Positions 29,237 through 40,362 are shown, counted from the first letter of the stretch. The stretch is DNA of 64,000 bases from Candidatus Cloacimonadales bacterium (GCA_963663475.2 CAXXJV010000001.1:1024001-1088000), one strand, 5' to 3'. The notes: generated from the letters alone by a model not told the origin. Program-made: numbers and translations.

Positions 29237-29998
29237 TTACTGATTTAGTCTAAGATGTGAATAATAATCAGAAACTTGATCAGTGGATATTTGACAAGCT
29301 TTTTCAAGATTAGCGTATTTGAGTAAATTACAAGCCACTGCAGAAGCAAAAAAACAACCAGTTCCATGAGAATAATTTAGTTTGTTTTTGGCTTTGGTAA
29401 AGAGTTTTTGATTATTAGAAGTAATCAAGTATTCTTTTATTTCAAGATCATCTTTACTAGCAAAATGGCCACCTTTGATATAAACACTACATTTTGTTTG
29501 TTCAAGCAATAATTGACCAGCAGAAATAGCATCTTGGTAAGATGTAATCTTGGTATTGGTCAGTAATTCAAGTTCTCTTTTATTAGGGGTAAGAAGATTG
29601 GCTCTTTTAATCAGATTTGTGTAAACAGCTATATCTTCTTTTTCAATAAAGGCTTTTCCTTTAGTAGGAGAAAGAACAGGGTCGATAACCAGAGGAATAT
29701 CAGGATAATCTAATAACAATTCTGTGATAAGTTTGGCTATTTCAAGAGAACAAAGAGCTCCGATTTTAATGATTCCTAGTGGGAAAGAAGTAATATTTTT
29801 GAGAAATTGTTCTTTAATTGTTTCCAGGGCAAGGGGGTAAATCTTATCAAGCCCAGAAAAGTTTTGTACAGTTATTCCAGTAACAACAGATAGTCCCCAA
29901 AAGCCCAATCTATCAGCTACTTTTAAATCTTGTTGGATACCTGCTCCCCCTGAATTATCAGAAGCAGCAATTGTCATAAAATATCTTTTATCATACAT
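29237..29998 (-). CDS. thiD: Hydroxymethylpyrimidine/phosphomethylpyrimidine kinase
   Basis: TIAASDNSGGAGIQQD, IDPV, LTPNKRE, KGGH, HGTGC. Confidence 0.9.
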   Translation of the reverse strand: MYDKRYFMTIAASDNSGGAGIQQDLKVADRLGFWGLSVVTGITVQNFSGLDKIYPLALETIKEQFLKNITSFPLGIIKIGALCSLEIAKLITELLLDYPDIPLVIDPVLSPTKGKAFIEKEDIAVYTNLIKRANLLTPNKRELELLTNTKITSYQDAISAGQLLLEQTKCSVYIKGGHFASKDDLEIKEYLITSNNQKLFTKAKNKLNYSHGTGCFFASAVACNLLKYANLEKACQISTDQVSDYYSHLRLNQ

Positions 29999-30000
29999 GA

Positions 30001-30780
30001 TTAATTCTCCTCGATAGAAGATTCAATAGTGAGTTGATTAAAGTTTGGATAAACTACTTGGTAGAGGTAGAGTCCGTTTGGGGGAGAAGTAAAAATAATA
30101 TTTTGATTACCACTCTTAGCTTCTAAAAGTTCATTTATCATAGTTGGAGGGTAGTCATTATGGGAGAAAGAAACAAGGGTTCCCACCAAACGTCTTACCA
30201 TATTATGGAGAAATCTGTTAGCTGAAATATAGAAGATAATATCATTAGCTTTTGTGACTAGATCAAATCTGGTAAGATTACAGACAGTGTTAGGAATTTG
30301 GGGGTTTGGTTTGCAGAAAGAGGCAAAGTCTTTTTCTCCTAAAAGATAGGGGATAGTTTCTTGCATTTTTGAAACATCAAGTTTTTGGTAAGGTATAAAG
30401 CTTTTATAGAGTCTATTAAAGGGATTTTTCTGACGCGTTAAGATATATTTATAGGATCTGGAAGTAGCTGAAAAGCGAGCATGGAGTTGGTCTGAAATTT
30501 GATGTACTTCAGTTACTCTGACAGAATCTGGAAGCTTAGTTCTCAGGGCTAGGCGAATCTGTTGACTTGTCATATTAACAGGGAAATAGAAATGGGCATA
30601 TTGACTAATAGCGTGCACACCTGTGTCTGTTCTGCCTGAACCAACAATAGAAACTTTATCTTTAGCAATTTTAGAAAGAGCTAATTCTAATACTTCCTGA
30701 ACAGAAATTCCATTAGGTTGGATTTGCCAGCCATGGTAACAAGAACCATCATAGGCTACTTTGATAAGATATTTCTGCAT
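30001..30780 (-). CDS. truA: tRNA pseudouridine(38-40) synthase
   Basis: YDGS.YHGWQ.Q, GSGRTDTGVHA, FLHNMVR. Confidence 0.95.
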   Translation of the reverse strand: MQKYLIKVAYDGSCYHGWQIQPNGISVQEVLELALSKIAKDKVSIVGSGRTDTGVHAISQYAHFYFPVNMTSQQIRLALRTKLPDSVRVTEVHQISDQLHARFSATSRSYKYILTRQKNPFNRLYKSFIPYQKLDVSKMQETIPYLLGEKDFASFCKPNPQIPNTVCNLTRFDLVTKANDIIFYISANRFLHNMVRRLVGTLVSFSHNDYPPTMINELLEAKSGNQNIIFTSPPNGLYLYQVVYPNFNQLTIESSIEEN

Positions 30781-31460
30781 ATTTCCTCACAGTTAGACCA
30801 ATAAAGGATTCCTAAAATAATTATCATAAAAATTATGATAAGGTTTTCTTTCCAATAAAAAGGTCTATAATTAATTACTCTTAGTTCTTCATTAGTTTGA
30901 TCTTTAGTTTCAGGAACTCTTAACATAGTGTTTAGGAATACTTGAATAAAGAGATTAAGAAATGAAGAGCGTTGGGGAAAGAGTTTATCATAGCTTTCAA
31001 TAAATTTACTAACTAATTTAATAGTAGAGATTAAAAAGAAGTTGAAATGGTGAAAGAAGGAGTCAATTTTTCGGGAAAGGCGATTAACTCCCAAGCTGAA
31101 AGTAGCAGAATAGACATCAGATAGGTAAGACTGTAGATTGGTGCTATCTTTCAGCCAGACTATAAGTAAGAGATAGCAAAGTAGTTTGCCAACAAACTTT
31201 AAGGCCGATTCAATATCGTTAGTGAAAATAAAATCCAGAACTAAATATGCAATAAGCATATAGGAGACTTTTGATAGAATCTTTAGCCAGGAGTTTCTGA
31301 TTGAGCCTTTCAAAAGGAGTAAGAGTATTCCTGAAGCTACAAATCCAGCCACATAAAGAGATTCTTTATTAATTACCATAATAGCAAAGATAATAAGTAA
31401 TAGCTTTACAAAGATATTGATTTTAAAGGAAAAAGTCTCCTGTTTTAAATTTGATGGCAT
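30756..31460 (-). CDS. Membrane protein (possibly divergent EcfT/CbiQ-like)
   Basis: 4-5 hydrophobic segments; translationally coupled to truA; no clear family motif. Confidence 0.6.
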   Translation of the reverse strand: MPSNLKQETFSFKINIFVKLLLIIFAIMVINKESLYVAGFVASGILLLLLKGSIRNSWLKILSKVSYMLIAYLVLDFIFTNDIESALKFVGKLLCYLLLIVWLKDSTNLQSYLSDVYSATFSLGVNRLSRKIDSFFHHFNFFLISTIKLVSKFIESYDKLFPQRSSFLNLFIQVFLNTMLRVPETKDQTNEELRVINYRPFYWKENLIIIFMIIILGILYWSNCEEICRNILSK

Positions 31461-33628
31461 TACTTACGAATAGCTCCAGTGTTTTGAAATGGTGGCTGAT
31501 CATTTAGAATATTATCTCTTTCTTCTGCTTCTGCTTTCTCTTTCTCTTCTATCTCTTTTTCTTTTTCTTCATCTAGCTTTTCTTTGTCACTATCATCAAC
31601 GACCGATTTGTCTTCCTGATCAGACTCAGCTTCACTAGTTTTTTCAGGAAGGTCAAACTCAAGATTATCTAGTTTATTAATTTTATTGTTAGAAAAGAAT
31701 ACTTGTACCCACTGATTTTGATCTTGATTTAGGCTATAATTATCTTGCAAGTCTTTAAAATATTGTCTAGCCGCAAGAGTATCATCTTTAGTATAATAAA
31801 GATAGCCTAGTGCCATTTTAGCTTTAATAATTTCTTGGCTTTCTAGTGTATCTAAAACAGCTTCTAATAAGACAATTGAAGTGTCAGGATCTGTAAGTAG
31901 GTATTTACTTGCTTCTTGATATTTTTGGATAGAGATTTCTTTACTTAAACTTGTTAGTTTTAGACTTCCCTTTTCCAGATAATTGAGTAGGGTGTAAGTG
32001 TATTTTGATTCAGGATATTCTCTTGTGAGAAAATCTAAAATATCATAAGCATACTGTGGTTCTTTAAATATATCAACATAAAGGAAGGCTTTTACAAAGT
32101 TTGCAAAAGGGATATATTCTTGGTCAAATGTTACTAAAACCTCTTCGATGTTTTTTATTCTGGTATCAATACTCAATGAATCACGACGAAGTAGGTCAAT
32201 TTGGGTATTGAGACTATCCAGTTGGCTTTCTAATTCCACCATTTTTTGCCCATTTGGATCTATACTTTTTAAAGAATCAGCTATCAGAGTATCTGCTAAA
32301 GTGTTGGTATTAAGTGTTAGAGTTCTTAAGCTATCAATAACTTGAACCATACTATTAGTTTGTTGAGATGCTTGATCTAGTTCTAGGGAAAGAGAATCTA
32401 GTTTTATGCTTAGACTATCTTTACGGTTAATGAATCTAGACTTGTTATTGATAATTGTATCATAAACAACTATGGCAGAATCAGGAAGTTGCATGATGTC
32501 AAGGTAGTATTGGGCAAGTTTAAATTGCTCATCAACTAGTTGTTTAGGCTCTAGTTGCGAGTCATCATCTTTAAATAATTGAATTTGACTTGCTACCGAG
32601 CTTTTGGCAACAGAACTTTCAACAAGCTCAGAATTAGAATCTGCCTTCTTAACATTGTTAAAGTGGGTAATAGCAAGACTTAGACTATCAGTATTAGTTA
32701 GGTAGTAATTACCTAAAACATAGTTTGTTTCTGCACTAATAGGTCCTCTTTGGTTGCCATCAATAAGAGAAGTTAAAAGCTCAATACCCTGGTCTTCTTG
32801 GCTATTATCTAAGAGAATTTTTCCTTGTAGAAGGGTAATTTTATTCTTCTCCTCTCTTCTATATTCATCTTCTAAGAGTTTCTTGGTCTGCTTAAGAGCT
32901 ACAGAATAGTTTTTTAAGTGGTAGTTAGCAAGTGCTATATAGTAGCGAGCATCATACTTAATTTCTCTATCATTCTTAAGTTTTAAAAATCTTTCTAATG
33001 AGGAAATAGTGTCTTGGTATTTCTTTTCTGCAAAGTAATTCAAGCCAATAAAATAAGAAGCTTGTTTGTATTCAGGAGTCGATTTATGCTCATCAATAAT
33101 GATATTGAGATAAAATCTAGCTCTTTCAAATTCTTTGTCTTCAGTATAGAAATCAGCAATTTTAAGTAAGACTTTTGCTTCGTCTTTCTTGTTTTTAGGG
33201 GAAAGAATTTCAGCTTCTAACAGAGAGTAGGCTTGGTCAAGTCTTGATAAATCACGATGAGTTTGAGCTTTTAAGATAACTGCATCAGTATAGAATTCAC
33301 TATCAGGGAAGTATTGAATGAGCTTGTCGCACTGTTCAAAAACTTGTTTAGTCGAACCACCTTTTTTATAGAAGCTAAGTGCCATAAGATAGATTGCATC
33401 ATCAACGTATTTACTATTTGGGTAGAATTCAAGGAGAGAAGCACATTTTTTAATGACATCATTATACTCTTGCTGGGCTGCTCTGGAAGCTCTACCTGAA
33501 GCTTCTAAGTCTCGGGAACTAGCTTCTTTAAAAAGCTCTTTAGCATTATAAAAAGTGTTGTAATAAGCACATGAAGCAAGAAAAATTATAGCTATTACGA
33601 GGGCTGATAGGATGAAGACTCTCTTCAT
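31460..33628 (-). CDS. TPR-repeat lipoprotein (possibly SprE/PorW- or BamD-like)
   Basis: lipobox LASC then AYYNTFYNA; YPNSKYVDDAIY TPRs; internal coiled coil; acidic tail. Confidence 0.75.
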   Translation of the reverse strand: MKRVFILSALVIAIIFLASCAYYNTFYNAKELFKEASSRDLEASGRASRAAQQEYNDVIKKCASLLEFYPNSKYVDDAIYLMALSFYKKGGSTKQVFEQCDKLIQYFPDSEFYTDAVILKAQTHRDLSRLDQAYSLLEAEILSPKNKKDEAKVLLKIADFYTEDKEFERARFYLNIIIDEHKSTPEYKQASYFIGLNYFAEKKYQDTISSLERFLKLKNDREIKYDARYYIALANYHLKNYSVALKQTKKLLEDEYRREEKNKITLLQGKILLDNSQEDQGIELLTSLIDGNQRGPISAETNYVLGNYYLTNTDSLSLAITHFNNVKKADSNSELVESSVAKSSVASQIQLFKDDDSQLEPKQLVDEQFKLAQYYLDIMQLPDSAIVVYDTIINNKSRFINRKDSLSIKLDSLSLELDQASQQTNSMVQVIDSLRTLTLNTNTLADTLIADSLKSIDPNGQKMVELESQLDSLNTQIDLLRRDSLSIDTRIKNIEEVLVTFDQEYIPFANFVKAFLYVDIFKEPQYAYDILDFLTREYPESKYTYTLLNYLEKGSLKLTSLSKEISIQKYQEASKYLLTDPDTSIVLLEAVLDTLESQEIIKAKMALGYLYYTKDDTLAARQYFKDLQDNYSLNQDQNQWVQVFFSNNKINKLDNLEFDLPEKTSEAESDQEDKSVVDDSDKEKLDEEKEKEIEEKEKAEAEERDNILNDQPPFQNTGAIRK

Positions 33629-33663
33629 ATATACTCCTGAAAAATAAGCTGTTTATAGGCAAT

Positions 33664-33691
33664 ATGGTTGGTAGTAGCTACTACCAACCAT
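33664..33691. terminator. Perfect 28-bp palindrome just after hutH
   Basis: ATGGTTGGTAGTAG|CTACTACCAACCAT. Confidence 0.55.
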
Positions 33692-33700
33692 TGAATATAT

Positions 33701-35227
33701 TTATTTTAAGGTTAAATATTTTTCTACAATTTCGATTGGACGGAAGGAAGATACGAAATCTTTCATCTTTCTCATATCAGGATAAATAATTCTATCTCTA
33801 TCAATATAATCTACAAAAGAGCGAATTTCAGCTTTGATAGCTTCAATTGGTTCAGAAGATTTTACTTTTCTATCATCTAATGCTTGGCAGTTAGCCATAA
33901 GCTCTATTGCTAATACATGCTCACAGTTATCAATAATAGTTCTAGCTTTTACTGCAGAAATTGTTCCCATAGAAACATGGTCTTCTTGAAGTGCAGATGT
34001 AGGAATTGAATCTACTGAAGCAGGATGAGCTAAAACTTTGTTTTCAGAAACCAAAGAAGCAGCAGTTAATTGGGCAATCATAAATCCTGAATCAATACCA
34101 GGACGTGGAGCTAGGAAAGCTTTTAAACCACGAGACTGGGCAGGATTGAAAAGTTGTTCCATTCTTCTTTCTGAAATATTAGCTAGTTCAGCACTGGCAA
34201 TACCTAGGGTATCTAAAGCAATAGCAACTGGTTCTCCATGGAAGTTTCCACCAGAAATTACTCTATCTTGGTCAGGGAAAATAAGAGGGTTGTCTGTAGC
34301 TGAGTTAATTTCAACATCTAGAACAGTCTTTACATAGTCTAATGCTTGTCTTACAGCTCCATGTACTTGAGCACCACAACGCATACTATAAGGATCTTGA
34401 ACATTCTCACATCCCTTATGTGATTCTCTTAATTGGCTACCTGCTAAAAGATTTAAAATATTATCTGCTGAGGCTAATTGACCAGTGTGTGGTCTAACTT
34501 GATGGATTAAGGCATCAAAAGCATCTGTAGTTCCTAAGTAAGCATCTAAGGAAGCTGCATGAGCTATGTCAGCAGTTCTGCATAATCTTAGTGCTCTGAT
34601 ATAAGCCAAGGCCCCTACAGCAGTCATAACTTGTGTACCATTATTTAAAGCTAGACCTTCTTTAGCTACCAATTTTACAGGTTTAATTCCAGCTTTTTCC
34701 ATTGCTTCAGCACCAGACATTTGTTTACCTTGATAGAAAGCTTCACCTTTACCAAGTAAAACTAAAGCAAGATGAGATAGGGGAGCTAAATCTCCACTAG
34801 CACCAACTGAACCTTTTTCAGGAATGCAAGGAGTAACATCTTTATTTAACATCTCAATTAAAGTTTCCAGTGTAGATAATCTTATGCCAGAATGACCTTT
34901 AGCTAAAACACAAATTCTAAGAAGCATAATAGCACGTGCTTCAGGAATTGAGAAGAAGTCTCCAACACCTGTTGCATGACTGAGAATTAAATTCTCTTGT
35001 AATTCAGCAATATCTTCTTGAGCAATAGTGATAGTAGAAAACTTACCAAAACCAGTAGTTAATCCATAGACTATTCTGCCTTCATCTATTACTTTATCAA
35101 CGTAGTTACGACATTTAATAACTTTGTCTCTACTATCATCAGTTAGAGCTACTTGAGTATTGTTATGGGCAACATCCCACACATTTTCTAAGGTAAGGTT
35201 ATTACCATCAATTAATATCTTATCCAT
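33701..35227 (-). CDS. hutH: Histidine ammonia-lyase
   Basis: YGLTTGFG, MIO-forming GSVGASGDLAPL, KEGLALNNGT, QDPYSMRC, GGNFHGEP, QEDHVSMG. Confidence 0.96.
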   Translation of the reverse strand: MDKILIDGNNLTLENVWDVAHNNTQVALTDDSRDKVIKCRNYVDKVIDEGRIVYGLTTGFGKFSTITIAQEDIAELQENLILSHATGVGDFFSIPEARAIMLLRICVLAKGHSGIRLSTLETLIEMLNKDVTPCIPEKGSVGASGDLAPLSHLALVLLGKGEAFYQGKQMSGAEAMEKAGIKPVKLVAKEGLALNNGTQVMTAVGALAYIRALRLCRTADIAHAASLDAYLGTTDAFDALIHQVRPHTGQLASADNILNLLAGSQLRESHKGCENVQDPYSMRCGAQVHGAVRQALDYVKTVLDVEINSATDNPLIFPDQDRVISGGNFHGEPVAIALDTLGIASAELANISERRMEQLFNPAQSRGLKAFLAPRPGIDSGFMIAQLTAASLVSENKVLAHPASVDSIPTSALQEDHVSMGTISAVKARTIIDNCEHVLAIELMANCQALDDRKVKSSEPIEAIKAEIRSFVDYIDRDRIIYPDMRKMKDFVSSFRPIEIVEKYLTLK

Positions 35228-35527
35228 GTTTACCTCATGTTATTATTTTTTATATCATTAAAATATTAGACACTATTTTTGTCAATAATCAAATGTTTGA
35301 TATTGAGATAGATGGAAGAAAATGAGAATTCAGAACTAAAAAGAATTGAAAGACTATCACACAAATTAAAACGAATTAAGACTAATTTCACCAATTAAAA
35401 GAAGACAAAGAGGTTGAGAATAGAATAGTATTGATAATAAGCTGTGCTGAAAGCTCTTCTGTTGGAGGGTGGGCACTTTTTTATTACTTGATACAAGAAT
35501 AGAGTATAGTGGCCTTAGTATTTAGGG

Positions 35528-36286
35528 TTAAGCATTATGAGTGAAATAGAGAATTCCTTCAGTTAGAAGTTTCTGAGAGTGGAGAATTTCACCTTCTTTT
35601 GAAAGAAGATAAGCACCACCTACATATTGGTATTTATCTTTATCTATAGGGGAAATATAGTTTGTTAAGATTGTATGTTTACCAGACTTATTACATTGTT
35701 TGATGTAAAAAGGAAACTCTTCCTTTTCCCAAAAGTCCTCATAATTTGATTTTATTTCAATTGCTCTAGCAAAAGGAACTAGTAGATAATCAGAATTTGT
35801 TTTATTTATCCTATCAATAAGATTTTCATCAAATAGGTCTCCACAGATTAGACAAGTAAAAGAGTAGCTCTTTATAATAAAGGTGTATATTTCATTTCCT
35901 TGTAAATAGATTGATTTGTCGGCGTGATTATCATGCCATCCTAAAGATATTCTTCTATAATTAGCTATTATTTTTCCAACTGAATTTATGCACATGAAAC
36001 TATCATAAAGTGTATGATTAACTTTTTCAAAATAGCCGAAAGCTATAGCTATATTTTCTTTGAAGGCAATTTGTTGTAACTTCTGTATCTCTAAAGAATC
36101 TTTTTCTAAAGCAAGCTGGAAATCGTGTTCAGGCTCATCAGTATTAATTAATCCTGTTAATACAGCTTCTGGAAAAATTATAAAGTCAGCATTCTTGGCT
36201 GATGCGATTAAAACAAAGTGTTCAATCTTTTCTAAGTTTTTTACTAGAGTTTCTTCAATCATGGGAGTAACTACAGCAAATTTCAT
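35528..36286 (-). CDS. Carbon-nitrogen hydrolase (nitrilase superfamily)
   Basis: IIFPE, YRRIS (Arg at the usual Lys position), LICGD. Confidence 0.82.
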   Translation of the reverse strand: MKFAVVTPMIEETLVKNLEKIEHFVLIASAKNADFIIFPEAVLTGLINTDEPEHDFQLALEKDSLEIQKLQQIAFKENIAIAFGYFEKVNHTLYDSFMCINSVGKIIANYRRISLGWHDNHADKSIYLQGNEIYTFIIKSYSFTCLICGDLFDENLIDRINKTNSDYLLVPFARAIEIKSNYEDFWEKEEFPFYIKQCNKSGKHTILTNYISPIDKDKYQYVGGAYLLSKEGEILHSQKLLTEGILYFTHNA

Positions 36287-36343
36287 ATAATCTCCTAAAT
36301 CTCAATTAAATACATTATTAGTTGTTCTGTTCCTTTAGTCAAT

Positions 36344-36372
36344 AAAAAAAAGCCCCGCATTAGCGAGGCTTT
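36344..36372 (-). terminator. Intrinsic terminator of the C25 protease gene
   Basis: AAAGCCTCGC-TAAT-GCGGGGCTTTTTTTT on the minus strand. Confidence 0.8.
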
Positions 36373-36418
36373 AGTATTATTTTTCCTGAAATGCCTGCAA
36401 AGGCAAGCCTTGTCAGTT

Positions 36419-39400
36419 CTATTTCATTAAGATCATTTTACTAGTTTTAGAATAATCACCAGTAGTCATTTTGTAGAAGTAGACACCTGAAGCAACGCTT
36501 GAGTTGTTAGCATCTTTACCATTCCATACAACTTGATGATTACCAGCTTGTCTTTCTTCACTAAGAAGAGTTTTAACTTTCTGTCCAAGGATATTATAGA
36601 TAACAAGGTCAACTCTTCCTGCTTTATTCATACCGAAAGAAATTGTAGTTTCTGGGTTGAATGGATTTGGATAGTTACCTTTTAAAGTAGTAACAGCTGG
36701 AATTGCTTGATTATCATTTGAAACAGGGTTAGCAATACCTGCAAGGTAGATGATAATTTCATTATTATCAGGGTCATCAGTAGTAATAGTAGCTTGACTA
36801 GAGAATTCTTGGTCTCTACTTGGAGCAAATACTAAGTTATGTTCAATTTCTTGGTCAGGTAAAATACTAAAGTTAAGAGAAGAAACAAGCTCTTCATTAT
36901 CATTCATTATAAAGAATGGGTCTTGAATTTGGATAGTTACAATACCTGCACTTTCACCTGAGTTAGTAAAATTAATAGGTAATTGAGCAGATTCGCCTAC
37001 AAGAATTTCACCAAAGTTATATTCTTCAGTGGTAATAGCGATAACTGGAGCACCAGGAGCTTGACCAGATCCACCAGGGAAGGTAACATAGTCAAGGTAG
37101 AAACAGTCATCATTATCTTCTACCATATAGTCTTTAGTATATTTCCATTCGAAAACATTATTACCTGCAGGAACTTCAAAAGTATATTCATCCCAAGCAA
37201 CTTCACCACTAAGATGTAATAGTTGTTGTCCGTTAATCTTGAAGTCAACCCAATCATAATTAGATTCAGTTGAAACGTGTAACCAGAAGCTAATTTCACC
37301 AGCAACAGGGGAATTAAATTCAACAGAAGCAGAAGTAGTACCACTGTTAGGGATATCAGCAGATTTTAAGGAATATTGACCTTCATAAGCATTATCAGAG
37401 AAAGTGAAATCACCAACAGTAGTCCAACCAAAGGCTTCTAGTGATTGTGATTCAAAGTCATCAACAGCAAGACCAACAAAAGCAGAGTATTGGCTTGATG
37501 TAGAAAGGCTACCATACTGGGCAGTGATATCAAAGATTAATTCTTGACCACTAGGGATTTGGCTACTTAACATAACCTCAAATGAAACTTCTTGATTATC
37601 ATTAGTTTCAAGATCTTCAATTTGAATATTATTGTTATTAGCAACAACTAATCCAGCAGGACATTCAATACTAACATTAGTCAAAGCAGCTACATAGCCA
37701 CCAATATTTTCTATAGGAAGTGATAACATGAAAGTTTCACCTGCATCCATACGTTGGTTGCCATTACCAAGAACTTCAGTAGCTTCAACTTGGCCGATAG
37801 TAAGTTCTGGAGCATGGTTAACTAAGTAGATTTCATATTCCCATTGATTAGCAGCTTGGTCAGCATCAATGTTCACGGTGAAAGGAATCATATAGTTATT
37901 TTCAATATTATGTGGAATAGAGATAGTAAAGGCGTCTGCTGGAAGTGAAATAACTTGGTCAGCAGAGATAGATTCAACTGTTACTTGGTTGTTTTCAATG
38001 ACAAGTCCTGCCTGATCAGAAGCTAAAGTAATAGTTAAGTCAGAAGAAGTTTCCACACCAACATTTTTGATATCGAAAGTAAAGTTACCTTCATAGCCGA
38101 TATGAGTTTCAGTAATAGGAAGGTTGTCAATAACTACATAAGAACCTTCTGCAGGAGTAATAGAAACTAGTTCAACAGCAGTAATTTTATTAAAACCTGT
38201 AACAGTTAGAGTGAGGTCAACAGGGTTTACAGGTAAGTTTTCAAGGTTAAGAGTAACATTACCCATAGCGTCAGTATAGCCAGAACCAAGTAACTCATTA
38301 TTGTAAGAAAGTGCAACTAGAGAATTTTCTTGGCCAGTATTTACAGTGTATTCACTTGTTCCCACGAATAAAATACCAGTATGATTTAAAGAAAATTCAT
38401 CAGGAGTATTAGTTCTTACTTGTAAAGAAGCATCACCAAAGATATGCCAAGTTTCATACATGTCAATACCATCTGAACCATAAGAATCCATCATTTCGCA
38501 AGAACCACTATAGTAAAGTCCACCAATAGTTGAAAGCTCTTCTCCAGTTAAAAGGTCTGTGATTTCATCTTGTCCACGCATTGGTGAATTCCATGATTGG
38601 TTGATAGTAGAAGCATACATTACCATAGCACCAGCAGGACTACCATTATGGGTAGCTCTAAGCCATGCTTCAGCAAAACATGTATTGCTAACAAAGTTAC
38701 CGTTAACACAGGCAACAGATACGATGAAAGGAAGTTTGCCAACGTTTGTTAAGTTATTAACATGGCTATTTGAGAAGCCTGTTGTAACCCAAGTTGTGTT
38801 TGAACCATGACCTACATAGTTCATAAAGCCACGTCCTTCATTAACTGCATTAGCTATATGAGTTGTGTTAGCACTTGGAGCATAAATTTGATCTACTTCA
38901 GTGTAGTTGTAGCCAAGTAAATCGTCTCTAATTAAATTCATGTGAGTAATATCAGATTCACCCATATCACCTTGAGAACCGCCACCTTCACCTGAAGCAA
39001 TACCAGTTGCTTTAGTTAAATAATCGTTAGTTCCATTCTCATCTCTTTCATAAGCAATAGTTCTTTCAACTTGAGTAGCTAATTGGTCAACATTCTCAGC
39101 TGAGAATCTTCCAATAAAGATGTCAGGATAAGAATCATTACCAGCAACAAGAGCATACATAGGGTCTGCTCCACCACCACCTGAAGATAAAGTTGCTACT
39201 TGAGGAGCATCACCAGCAATTTGAACAAAAGCTAAATCATCATGAGTGTCATAATAATTTTGAATATAGTTTTTGATGCTGTTTGCATTGTTACCAATAG
39301 TAGCTACATCAACCATTTCAGTATGGATACCTTTTTGATTTTTCCAATCTACATAAAGTTGCATTGTAGAGAAATAGTTCTGAGGAGCGATAACTAAAAT

Positions 39401-40099
39401 AGTACCAAACTCATCTAATGGGTCATATCTATTTTCTTGATAGTTTAAGAAATGATTTTTATAAATAAAATCAAATGATTCAACATTCTTAACACTACGA
39501 GTAAGAATATTTTCACCAGCCTTACCAGTGTTTGCAACAGCTACTCTAATGTTAGTATAAACTCTTAGTATATTAGTTGTAGGATTGTACTGGAAAGGAT
39601 TGAAAGTAACAGTAACACCACGATGATTTCTCATGATGTAAGCTGAACCTAAAGTTGAAATTTCTTGAGGGAAAAAGTTATCTTGCTGATATATTTCTCC
39701 AAAAACATAAGGTACAGTAGCTGGATCAATATCTCTAGTGATAACACCTTTTGAAGGGGCTACTGCTACTTGATATTCAACATAATCAGAATCGATAATT
39801 CTCATTTCTGGTTTGGCATGATTATCAATAATGATAGATCTGCTTACTGTTGGAACTTCTGGAGCTCCTTTAATATAAGTCTCAGCTTCTTTGTCTAAAG
39901 AAATCTGATTAAAAACTTGTCCGTTAATAAGAACTTCACTCTTGTTAAAATAACCAAGAGACATTTCAATAACTGTCTCACTCGCGTCAGATGCTATTAA
40001 ATTAACCTGATTATCAGAGTTTCCTACTCTAACAACCTCTGCACTTAAAGAAAGAACTAAGGTTAACATTAGCATTACTACTAAAAAACTTCTTTTCAT
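36419..40099 (-). CDS. Gingipain-like C25 cysteine peptidase with propeptide, Ig-like domains and secretion C-terminal domain
   Basis: signal peptide; DIFIGRFSAE, catalytic YVGHGS and VACVNG; NYPNPFNPET...KMILMK CTD. Confidence 0.9.
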   Translation of the reverse strand: MKRSFLVVMLMLTLVLSLSAEVVRVGNSDNQVNLIASDASETVIEMSLGYFNKSEVLINGQVFNQISLDKEAETYIKGAPEVPTVSRSIIIDNHAKPEMRIIDSDYVEYQVAVAPSKGVITRDIDPATVPYVFGEIYQQDNFFPQEISTLGSAYIMRNHRGVTVTFNPFQYNPTTNILRVYTNIRVAVANTGKAGENILTRSVKNVESFDFIYKNHFLNYQENRYDPLDEFGTILVIAPQNYFSTMQLYVDWKNQKGIHTEMVDVATIGNNANSIKNYIQNYYDTHDDLAFVQIAGDAPQVATLSSGGGGADPMYALVAGNDSYPDIFIGRFSAENVDQLATQVERTIAYERDENGTNDYLTKATGIASGEGGGSQGDMGESDITHMNLIRDDLLGYNYTEVDQIYAPSANTTHIANAVNEGRGFMNYVGHGSNTTWVTTGFSNSHVNNLTNVGKLPFIVSVACVNGNFVSNTCFAEAWLRATHNGSPAGAMVMYASTINQSWNSPMRGQDEITDLLTGEELSTIGGLYYSGSCEMMDSYGSDGIDMYETWHIFGDASLQVRTNTPDEFSLNHTGILFVGTSEYTVNTGQENSLVALSYNNELLGSGYTDAMGNVTLNLENLPVNPVDLTLTVTGFNKITAVELVSITPAEGSYVVIDNLPITETHIGYEGNFTFDIKNVGVETSSDLTITLASDQAGLVIENNQVTVESISADQVISLPADAFTISIPHNIENNYMIPFTVNIDADQAANQWEYEIYLVNHAPELTIGQVEATEVLGNGNQRMDAGETFMLSLPIENIGGYVAALTNVSIECPAGLVVANNNNIQIEDLETNDNQEVSFEVMLSSQIPSGQELIFDITAQYGSLSTSSQYSAFVGLAVDDFESQSLEAFGWTTVGDFTFSDNAYEGQYSLKSADIPNSGTTSASVEFNSPVAGEISFWLHVSTESNYDWVDFKINGQQLLHLSGEVAWDEYTFEVPAGNNVFEWKYTKDYMVEDNDDCFYLDYVTFPGGSGQAPGAPVIAITTEEYNFGEILVGESAQLPINFTNSGESAGIVTIQIQDPFFIMNDNEELVSSLNFSILPDQEIEHNLVFAPSRDQEFSSQATITTDDPDNNEIIIYLAGIANPVSNDNQAIPAVTTLKGNYPNPFNPETTISFGMNKAGRVDLVIYNILGQKVKTLLSEERQAGNHQVVWNGKDANNSSVASGVYFYKMTTGDYSKTSKMILMK

Positions 40100-40235
40100 T
40101 TTTCCTCCATATTATCATAAATCACTTATTTATTGTTCATCATTATATTATATTCATTTTATTATAATGCAAGATTGATACCACTTTTATAGGAAAGTTA
40201 TTTAGTCAATAGAAAAATGGATTATGATAATAAAA

Positions 40236-40292
40236 ACTGGGAGTGCAACACTGGGAGCGTTACTGAGAGCGCCAGCATCCCTGCTGGCATCT
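40236..40292 (+). repeat. REP-like palindrome (outer-left) preceded by two partial copies
   Basis: ACTGGGAGTGC, ACTGGGAGCGT, ACTGAGAGCGCCAGCATCCCTGCTGGCAT; inverted counterpart at 41868-41935. Confidence 0.75.
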
Positions 40293-40362
40293 TATCTTTT
40301 CCCTTCAGTATAGATGGACGTCTAAACTGGTACACAAGTGGAAGTTTAAAATGTGAGGAAAA

